Source: Geotalea daltonii FRC-32 (GTDB lineage Bacteria; Desulfobacterota; Desulfuromonadia; Geobacterales; Geobacteraceae). Taken from it: 32,000 nucleotides of DNA. The stretch is taken from NCBI RefSeq assembly GCF_000022265.1, contig NC_011979.1, forward strand, positions 1,050,001-1,082,000, written 5' to 3'. Within the stretch, counting starts at the first letter, position 1. Each line of letters begins with the position of its first letter. Made by a program: the position numbers and the translations under genes. Positions 26,643-32,000 of the stretch are shown here, in pieces. A model generated the notes under the pieces. It was not told where the DNA came from and did not search any database. It saw only the letters and a list, made by a program, of their open reading frames with translations.

Positions 26643-27197
26643 TCACTTGGCAGCCGGAATTTGCATTCTCGCTTCCTTTATTGATTCCAGGATGCTTTCG
26701 TAGTTTAGCCTCTTTTTGTCGTAATCAGGGGCCTCTCTAGGCGCCCAAGCAATTTTTCGCAGTTCATTGTTTTTTAGTGCCAGCGTACTCATCAGTTCTG
26801 CCACATCCAGTTCCAGTCTAGCCTCTTCTAGTTTATTTAATTGGATTAGGCACCGTGCTTTCTCGATGTGAAAATCTGGCTCCTTCGAGGAGTGTATAGC
26901 TCTGTCAGCAAATTCTGCCGCATTCTTAGGGTCATTTCTGTGACGGAGAACAAGTGATAGCTCAGCATGTGCTTTTGCAAACTCTTCATCCCCATATGCT
27001 TTATCACACCCCTCAATAAACTTTACGGCAGCCACCTCAAGCGCGTTCCAGTCTTTAGCTTTAAGGGCGGCATCTCGTTTAGGTTTGTTTTCGACACATG
27101 CTTGGGGGAATTCGATAGCCTCTCGACTACATGCTGTGCTGCAAAGAAGAACGAAAACCATGATAGAGGTAAATGTCTTTGAAATCATCGAAATCAT
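26643..27197 (-). CDS. Cassette ORF, exported/lipoprotein-like helical-repeat (TPR-like) protein
   Basis: MISMISKTFTSIMVFVLLCSTAC signal. GGAAGGAAAAAGG lies before the ATG at 27197, immediately after R' GTTGGAA. Helical repeats with A..Y/F.KA patterns. Confidence 0.6.
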   Translation of the reverse strand: MISMISKTFTSIMVFVLLCSTACSREAIEFPQACVENKPKRDAALKAKDWNALEVAAVKFIEGCDKAYGDEEFAKAHAELSLVLRHRNDPKNAAEFADRAIHSSKEPDFHIEKARCLIQLNKLEEARLELDVAELMSTLALKNNELRKIAWAPREAPDYDKKRLNYESILESIKEARMQIPAAK

Positions 27198-27206
27198 CCT
27201 TTTTCC

Positions 27207-27257
27207 TTCCAACGGCTGAGAGCACAGCGGGTTCACCGCTGTTGCGCTTGGTTATCT
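27207..27257 (-). other. attC recombination site
   Basis: Minus strand: R'' AGATAAC ... R' GTTGGAA. Internal pairing cagcgg/ccgctg. 51 bp (short). Confidence 0.75.
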
Positions 27258-27273
27258 GAAAAATGCAGTATTG

Positions 27274-27735
27274 CTAGTATCCGGATTGCTTGCCGACCAT
27301 ACTCTCTATTTCGACTCTGAGAACTGTTGTGCTAGCAACAGACTGCTCTGGAAATGAGAACGAACGATTCGAGTACTGCTTCATTATAATTTTTAGAGCT
27401 CTACGCTTTTCTTCAATATCCTCAATGAAAATTGCCTTGCCAAATCCAATGACGCTTTTGTATCTCATGCCCCAATCACAAGCTTCTTCGTTTTCTACGA
27501 TCTCAGTATTTGCATCAAATTCAAAGCAAACGGAGTTGTTTCTCCTGATTATCTCAATTTTCCGCCCTTCGTGAGCAGCATGGAAATATAAATAACCATC
27601 CTCATACCCAAAACTGAGCGGCACAACATATGGTTGATAACCATCGCTCAGTCCAAGTCGACAGACCATCGATTGTTGAATAACAGCTCTGAGAGTTGGC
27701 TGATCTTTAATTTCTTTTTCGTGTCTTCTCATCAT
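27274..27735 (-). CDS. Pyridoxamine 5'-phosphate oxidase-family (FMN split-barrel, Nim-like branch) protein
   Basis: MMRRHEKEIKDQPTLRAVIQQSMVCRLGLSDGYQPYVVPLSFGYEDGYLYFHAAHEGRKIEIIRRNNSVCFEF is a close match to the Pyridox_ox_2-type N-terminal pattern. Confidence 0.85.
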   Translation of the reverse strand: MMRRHEKEIKDQPTLRAVIQQSMVCRLGLSDGYQPYVVPLSFGYEDGYLYFHAAHEGRKIEIIRRNNSVCFEFDANTEIVENEEACDWGMRYKSVIGFGKAIFIEDIEEKRRALKIIMKQYSNRSFSFPEQSVASTTVLRVEIESMVGKQSGY

Positions 27736-27749
27736 GCATTATTCCTTTC

Positions 27750-27812
27750 AGATAACGTCACAAGGCGCACCGGCGGAGCGGAGCGTAGACCGCGTGCCGC
27801 CGCGTGTTGAGC
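27750..27812 (-). other. attC recombination site
   Basis: Minus strand: R'' GCTCAAC ... R' GTTATCT. 63 bp. Confidence 0.8.
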
Positions 27813-27818
27813 ATTCCC

Positions 27819-28238
27819 TTACTTGTTGTAACCATTGGTGATGATATCGGGATTCAGCTTCTGCAACTCAGTTGTCAACGACTCAGGATTATTTATAAGA
27901 TTTGTGATTCTAATCGCTCCTTTATTAGTAATGATCTTTATGACCATCAAGCCATCATGTATTTCTGAAATGTCAGTAGCATAAAGCGTTTTCCTCCGCA
28001 GGATGGACCTGCATAACAAGGTTCCGCTCTTATAAATTTCAACTCTATGCGCAGTAAAAAAAAGGAAATACCAATAGATCGGCAGCATAAACGGGAGCAT
28101 CAATGTTGTTGCATGTCTGCCTGAGTAAGGGGGGAAGGCAACCCAGAGGGAAATTAAGAACAGCACTGCATAAACAATTCTTAACGCTACTGATGTCTCG
28201 AAAGTCTTTACTTCTTGTTCCATTCGTTTTCTTTCCAT
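27819..28238 (-). CDS. Cassette ORF, 2-TM membrane protein with a small soluble C-terminal domain
   Basis: Two hydrophobic helices (ALRIVYAVLFLISLWVAF, LMLPFMLPIYWYFLFF). The start is more likely the ATG at 28223, because 28238 is 1 nt from the attC R'. Confidence 0.6.
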   Translation of the reverse strand: MERKRMEQEVKTFETSVALRIVYAVLFLISLWVAFPPYSGRHATTLMLPFMLPIYWYFLFFTAHRVEIYKSGTLLCRSILRRKTLYATDISEIHDGLMVIKIITNKGAIRITNLINNPESLTTELQKLNPDIITNGYNK

Positions 28239-28239
28239 T

Positions 28240-28291
28240 GCTCAACGCCATAAGCCTGACCGGCTGCGGCCGGTCTTGGCGCTGGTTAGCT
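28240..28291 (-). other. attC recombination site
   Basis: Minus strand: R'' AGCTAAC (contains the TAA stop of 28286-28948) ... R' GTTGAGC. Internal pairing gaccggc/gccggtc. 52 bp. Confidence 0.8.
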
Positions 28292-28948
28292 GTGGGGGTT
28301 GATTTTAAAGATGTGATCTTTTGTTTTCTTACCGAAGCTGATTTCTATGTCAGACATTTCCCGTGTTATCTCTAGAATTTGTTCTCGCGGCAATCCCGTT
28401 TTCTTCATGATTCGGTGAATAGTCGTCCACTCGAAACTGCTACTATCGATAACATCTCGAATCAAAGTCTGTATATCACGTGAAGGCTCTTGTTTCTCCT
28501 CGGCAACAGGGACGACAACTGCGGTCTCGGTTGGTTCGACAGCGGCTGCCTTGTCGGTAAGATCTTCTATCTTCGCGCCTAACTCTTCTATGTTCTTCTC
28601 ACGCTCTTTTGCATTTATTTCGTATTTTGACCTCAGTTCATTTAGTTCTTCATGCGTCTTCTTTATCTCAGCATGTAGTGCTTGTGCGTCAGTTAGTAAT
28701 TTTTTTAATTCAGTAGTTGACTCATTAATCGAGGCATGTGCTTTTCTAACATCGAATCCAAAGAAAGCAACTCCCAATATTGCTAGAATTGTAACGAATC
28801 CTCCACCAATCCAGACTGCAGCCTTAAAAAACTTCACTGCGTCTTCCGTTAGGTTTAGGGTGACTTGAGCTGGTGGCGCATCAACTGCAAAAGCAGCAGT
28901 CGCAACAAAAATCAGCACTAGCACTAGCAGCATATATATTCTTCTCAA
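28286..28948 (-). CDS. Cassette ORF: signal/TM + TM + coiled coil + C-terminal winged-helix-like module
   Basis: TTG start at 28948, 8 nt after GAGGAGG. Hydrophobic segments YMLLVLVLIFVATAAFA and AVWIGGGFVTILAILGVAFFGF. Heptad-like segment ELKKLLTDAQALHAEIKKTHEELNELRSKYE. C-terminal FEWTTIHRIMKKTGLPREQILEITREM. Confidence 0.6.
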   Translation of the reverse strand: MRRIYMLLVLVLIFVATAAFAVDAPPAQVTLNLTEDAVKFFKAAVWIGGGFVTILAILGVAFFGFDVRKAHASINESTTELKKLLTDAQALHAEIKKTHEELNELRSKYEINAKEREKNIEELGAKIEDLTDKAAAVEPTETAVVVPVAEEKQEPSRDIQTLIRDVIDSSSFEWTTIHRIMKKTGLPREQILEITREMSDIEISFGKKTKDHIFKINPHS

Positions 28949-28969
28949 CTTTCAACCTCCTCTTGTATC

Positions 28970-29029
28970 AGTTAACGCCTGAGAGCACAGCGGCGGGCTT
29001 CATCCGCTCGCTGTTGCGCGTGGTTGGAC
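28970..29029 (-). other. attC recombination site
   Basis: Minus strand: R'' GTCCAAC ... R' GTTAACT. 60 bp. The centre is close to the attC at 27207. Confidence 0.8.
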
Positions 29030-29030
29030 T

Positions 29031-29426
29031 TTATGTCTTTTTCAGTTTCTCATATGTCTGCCAAAAGCATTTTTTGTATGCCGAATACGCTCTCGCTACG
29101 TCATTTTCTGTTACATCTTCCTCGATTGCTGAGGCACCGACCATCGTCTCGAACTTCTTCGCCACCATGTTCCAGCTTTTCATCAATGTCTTCGATTTTT
29201 TTGTCAGGTTTTTCCTTAGCTCGATGCCTTCTTCCGTCAGTGAGTATTTCTTCCCGACCTTACACACCAATCCCTGTTGGATAAGCCAACCCAAGCTTGT
29301 TTGTAGCTCCTTGTGAGTCGGGATCGCGTGGTTGAGGCCGTCAGCCGTCGCAATGACTTCCTGCAACGACGCAGGCTTTTCAGGTACCGACAGAAATATC
29401 CAACTGTAAGTTTCCGATTCGTTCAT
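29031..29426 (-). CDS. Cassette ORF, small winged-helix-like protein
   Basis: MNESETYSWIFLS... The tracked start at 29549 crosses the attC, so the ATG at 29426 was chosen. TSLGWLIQQGLVCKVGKKYSLTEEG resembles a wHTH wing. Confidence 0.55.
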   Translation of the reverse strand: MNESETYSWIFLSVPEKPASLQEVIATADGLNHAIPTHKELQTSLGWLIQQGLVCKVGKKYSLTEEGIELRKNLTKKSKTLMKSWNMVAKKFETMVGASAIEEDVTENDVARAYSAYKKCFWQTYEKLKKT

Positions 29427-29437
29427 TTTTTTCTTTT

Positions 29438-29499
29438 GTACAACGTCACAAGCCTGACCAGCGGAACGAAGTGGAGACTGGTCTAGGCGCAAGTTATAC
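29438..29499 (-). other. attC recombination site
   Basis: Minus strand: R'' GTATAAC ... R' GTTGTAC. Internal pairing gaccag/ctggtc. 62 bp. Confidence 0.8.
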
Positions 29500-29607
29500 A
29501 TTTCTCTCCACTTTGGGAGGTAATAATGAACACTGTAAGAAAGGCCCAAGAGTTTCTTCTTAGACCTATAAAAAATTTCATAATCAACACAGTAGCAGAG
29601 GCGCTGA

Positions 29608-29865
29608 CTAGGCGGGAAACTCGTCTACGTCAATCTGTAAGGTTTGTTTTGCCTGATTCAGAATATACGTGTAGATTTCGTTAAGAGTTTTGTCTTGAAG
29701 TTCTCGCTTAAGGTAGTGAATTGTTATTTGTGTATTAGATATTTCAGCTTCATCTGTAGGCCTACTTAAACTAACAGTTGCTGTTATTTCAGTTAGTTCT
29801 TCTCCTGCAAACTTAGATGGTTGGTAGCAAAGTTTGATCATTGCGATTTCGGTTGCCATACTCAT
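29608..29865 (-). CDS. Cassette ORF, hypothetical 85-aa protein
   Basis: ATG at 29865 is preceded by GAGGAGGAA. The tracked GTG start at 29901 is less likely. No motif recognised. Confidence 0.5.
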   Translation of the reverse strand: MSMATEIAMIKLCYQPSKFAGEELTEITATVSLSRPTDEAEISNTQITIHYLKRELQDKTLNEIYTYILNQAKQTLQIDVDEFPA

Positions 29866-29916
29866 TTCCTCCTCTTGGGTAATTGTGCCTTGGTGGAGCA
29901 CTTTTTAATTTTTGAT

Positions 29917-29980
29917 GTATAACGTCTCAAGGCGCCAGCGGCGGAGCGCCAGCGAAGACCGCTGTCGCCGCTGGTTAGGC
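29917..29980 (-). other. attC recombination site
   Basis: Minus strand: R'' GCCTAAC (contains the TAA stop of 29975-30445) ... R' GTTATAC. 64 bp. Confidence 0.85.
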
Positions 29981-30445
29981 ATTCTCGCCGAAGATATGCG
30001 CAATCAAATTCCTATAAATTGGTAAAGCATTTCCGCCAGGGTTTATCACTACTCCGTCATACGAACCTGTTTGAACATAGCTGCTTACTTGGTTGCTTGG
30101 CATTATTAGTCCTGAAAAATGGGACGGAGCGTAGTTCTGGAACTCTTTCCAGTCAGTGAATAGAGTCAATAATCGTCGGTTGTCTGAGTCTTGGACTTCA
30201 AGAATTCCAAACTTGCTCCCCTTCTGAATTTCTATTTCACCTTTTCCAATTTCTTGTTTATTGAGCCCTCTCTCGTCAATAGCGGCCAGGAATACAGCCT
30301 TTCGTATTGCCTCCACTAACTCCACCGTGCTTTCGTTTGAGTTGTGATTTGCGTGATTTTGAATTGCGGCCACTAGATCCGGATTTTCAACTGGCTTGTT
30401 TACGTCAATATTCGATCCGCTACTTTTTTTCTTAAATGGCCACAT
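29975..30445 (-). CDS. Cassette ORF, SseB-like family protein
   Basis: ...LLTLFTDWKEFQNY......YDGVVINPGGNALPI matches the SseB-type pattern. AAGGA lies before the ATG at 30445. Confidence 0.55.
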   Translation of the reverse strand: MWPFKKKSSGSNIDVNKPVENPDLVAAIQNHANHNSNESTVELVEAIRKAVFLAAIDERGLNKQEIGKGEIEIQKGSKFGILEVQDSDNRRLLTLFTDWKEFQNYAPSHFSGLIMPSNQVSSYVQTGSYDGVVINPGGNALPIYRNLIAHIFGENA

Positions 30446-30460
30446 AGTTATCCTTTTTTT

Positions 30461-30533
30461 GCCTAACGGCTTGCGCCCTTGACCCGCCCGGGGCGTTTCT
30501 CAGCCCCGGTCGGTGTCCAAGGGCCTGTTGGAT
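30461..30533 (-). other. attC recombination site
   Basis: Minus strand: R'' ATCCAAC ... R' GTTAGGC (both fit RYYYAAC / GTTRRRY). Pairing cccttgac/gtCcaaggg has one extra base, and ccgggg/ccccgg also pair. 73 bp. Confidence 0.85.
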
Positions 30534-30563
30534 GCTTTCTTTCCTCATGTAGTTCAGCCGTGC

Positions 30564-31013
30564 TCATTTTCGACTTTTTAAGCGCTGCTGGACATTTCTT
30601 GTAATCAATAGAGTCATGAGTCCTAATACGACAGAGACCGCCATTTCATGCCATTTCATCGCCTTTAACACGAATTTCATCGGTTCTTTGATCCCTTGGT
30701 ATCTTGTGATGTCCCATAAAATCAAAATCGGTAAAACCACCGTTGAAAGCAGCAAAACAGTTGATGTGCCCAAGTAGGTAAGAGGGCCAATTAACGCTGC
30801 TACTGCGACAGCTAATACGAGCATTATCAAGAGGATGTATTGTTCAGCAGAAGTCATAACCGGCACTACAAGAACGAAAACCGTTATCACTCCATACGCG
30901 ATCGACGCACGTTTCCAACTCCACTTCTCGCTTTTATTACTCATTTTGTCGATGAGCGGAGGAATGGTCATGCATACGAGGATAGTTATCAAACTGCCAT
31001 AGACTGGAATCAT
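30564..31013 (-). CDS. Cassette ORF, polytopic membrane protein
   Basis: MIPVYGSLITILVCMTIPPL... has 4-5 hydrophobic helices. ATG at 31013 follows GAGGGG. The tracked TTG at 31028 lies inside the attC R'. Confidence 0.6.
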   Translation of the reverse strand: MIPVYGSLITILVCMTIPPLIDKMSNKSEKWSWKRASIAYGVITVFVLVVPVMTSAEQYILLIMLVLAVAVAALIGPLTYLGTSTVLLLSTVVLPILILWDITRYQGIKEPMKFVLKAMKWHEMAVSVVLGLMTLLITRNVQQRLKSRK

Positions 31014-31022
31014 TTTCCCCTC

Positions 31023-31086
31023 ATCCAACGGTTTCGGCGCTGAGCGGCGCGGCGAAGCTGCGTCCGTCTCTAGTGCATGGTTATGC
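31023..31086 (-). other. attC recombination site
   Basis: Minus strand: R'' GCATAAC (contains the TAA stop of 31081-31431) ... R' GTTGGAT. 64 bp. Confidence 0.85.
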
Positions 31087-31431
31087 GGCCTCGCTCTTAT
31101 AAAACTTATACAGAGACCAGGGCCAGAGCAGCACGAATATTAGGACCATCGACATCTGGACCGCAGCAAGGATAAATATCGTGATAGATACAGTGACGGC
31201 TATCAGTTGGCTTTTTTTGCTTAATTTTGTAGGCACAAGCAACGCAACGGCTATTCCTAGTGAAAAGAATCCTGCTACAAGAAGGAACATGATTTTGGGA
31301 CTTGTGGGGGCAATGGCCATAAATTCCCTCAAGCCTGCCGCATTTATGATAATTGCAACTGCACCGACATTACCAACTGCGGAAAGAACGCTCATCATGG
31401 CTGCAAATTTTCTTGGGTTGTCAGATTTCAT
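31081..31431 (-). CDS. Cassette ORF, small polytopic membrane protein
   Basis: 116 aa with 3-4 hydrophobic helices. GGAG lies before the ATG at 31431, directly after R' GTTATGC. Confidence 0.6.
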   Translation of the reverse strand: MKSDNPRKFAAMMSVLSAVGNVGAVAIIINAAGLREFMAIAPTSPKIMFLLVAGFFSLGIAVALLVPTKLSKKSQLIAVTVSITIFILAAVQMSMVLIFVLLWPWSLYKFYKSEAA

Positions 31432-31440
31432 TTTTTCTCC

Positions 31441-31501
31441 GCATAACGTGTATGAGGCGCACCCGCCGCGTCAGCGGTCGGTGTGCCGCCGAGAGTTGGA
31501 C
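31441..31501 (-). other. attC recombination site
   Basis: Minus strand: R'' GTCCAAC ... R' GTTATGC. 61 bp. Confidence 0.85.
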
Positions 31502-31502
31502 A

Positions 31503-31952
31503 TCAGTACTTTGCCGTATTTAGCCATTTAATCTCATCGGCCACGAATGCCTGCGATGCGGTAATTTCGACTTCTACATATTCTTCTTTTAGCTTTTCAT
31601 ATGGATCTGCTGATAGCAAAAGGTACTGCTTCTGATTTCCATACATGAAGCCGACATGGTCAAATCTGGTTTTTATTCCGTCTTTGGTTTTCAAGATAGC
31701 AGCAACTTTAATCTTGTCTCCATTCGGTGCTACCAGCGCCCAGCCTTTGGATTTCTGCTTGTACGCTGACGGAACTGCAATTAGCAGAAAGTTGAATGGG
31801 TACTTTGTTGTTCTGATGGGTTTTGACGGTCTTATCGTCAATGTATTTTCAGTCACCTTCTCAGATTTATTCGAAATTACAACTTCCTCTTCGGAGGTTG
31901 AAGCACACGAAATAAGCAAGCCCGCCAAAAGGAGGAAAAGCATTTTTTTCAT
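31503..31952 (-). CDS. Cassette ORF, lipoprotein
   Basis: MKKMLFLLLAGLLISC has a lipobox. AAGGAAAAAG lies before the ATG at 31952. Confidence 0.65.
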   Translation of the reverse strand: MKKMLFLLLAGLLISCASTSEEEVVISNKSEKVTENTLTIRPSKPIRTTKYPFNFLLIAVPSAYKQKSKGWALVAPNGDKIKVAAILKTKDGIKTRFDHVGFMYGNQKQYLLLSADPYEKLKEEYVEVEITASQAFVADEIKWLNTAKY

Positions 31953-31966
31953 TCTTTTTCCTTGTC

Positions 31967-32000
31967 GTCCAACGGCGGCTCGGCATGACCTGCGCGGCAG
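31967..32000 (-). other. attC recombination site (partial, runs off the window)
   Basis: Minus strand: R' GTTGGAC at 31967-31973, preceded by a GC-rich arm. The R'' side lies beyond base 32000. Confidence 0.6.

Larger units (their letters stand above)
20427..32000 (-). mobile_element. Integron gene-cassette array (15 attC sites, 18 ORFs); integrase and attI not in window
   Basis: All ORFs are on the minus strand. Each unit is bounded by an imperfect palindrome that starts ..YAAC and ends GTTRRRY-like on the minus strand, with the next RBS and start following directly. G+C drops visibly relative to 1-19 kb. Confidence 0.85.

Noticed and set aside
29427-29549. Cassette ORF N-terminal extensions that read through attC sites (29031-29549, 26402-26638, 26643-27236, 20899-21447, 30564-31028).
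   Set aside because: The extended parts are translations of the attC palindromes. Downstream ATGs with RBS sit right after the GTT core, as expected for cassette ORFs.
20833-32000. The regularly recurring GC-rich palindromes could be mistaken for a CRISPR array or for REP/terminator hairpins.
   Set aside because: The repeats are not identical, spacing ranges from ~0.4 to 4 kb, and each interval contains a complete ORF. The palindromes are consistently framed by AAC...GTT heptamers abutting ORF stops and starts. This fits attC sites, not CRISPR repeats.

Overview
The window has three parts. (1) Bases 1-19.2 kb are a G+C-rich chromosomal backbone. It carries a PLD/cardiolipin-synthase-like gene, a nitroreductase, an FRG-domain protein, cydAB (cytochrome bd oxidase) and rtcA. 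It also holds a translationally coupled methyltransferase / Fe-S+FAD oxidoreductase / thioester-reductase-like SDR operon, a PAP2 phosphatase, a quinone-oxidoreductase-like MDR dehydrogenase and several exported proteins, including a beta-propeller + 3xCARDB protein. An HxlR regulator sits divergent from a SnoaL/NTF2-like gene. (2) Bases 19.27-20.43 kb are the 5' fragment of a group II intron: a GTGCG 5' end, about 530 nt of ribozyme, then a reverse-transcriptase ORF cut off after RT block 4. (3) From about 20.43 kb to the right edge the sequence is visibly more AT-rich. Here 18 short ORFs, all on the minus strand, are separated by 15 imperfect palindromes of 51-73 bp. Read on the minus strand, each palindrome is framed by ...AAC and GTT... 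heptamers. I read this as an integron gene-cassette array whose integrase and attI should lie beyond base 32000. The most unusual item is one ~4-kb cassette holding three genes: a 1032-aa lipoprotein-like giant whose transglutaminase-like core has Ala at the catalytic Cys position, translationally coupled to the first of two paralogous, very AT-rich small membrane proteins (the second follows after 56 nt). All family assignments come from motifs read by eye. No database search was run.
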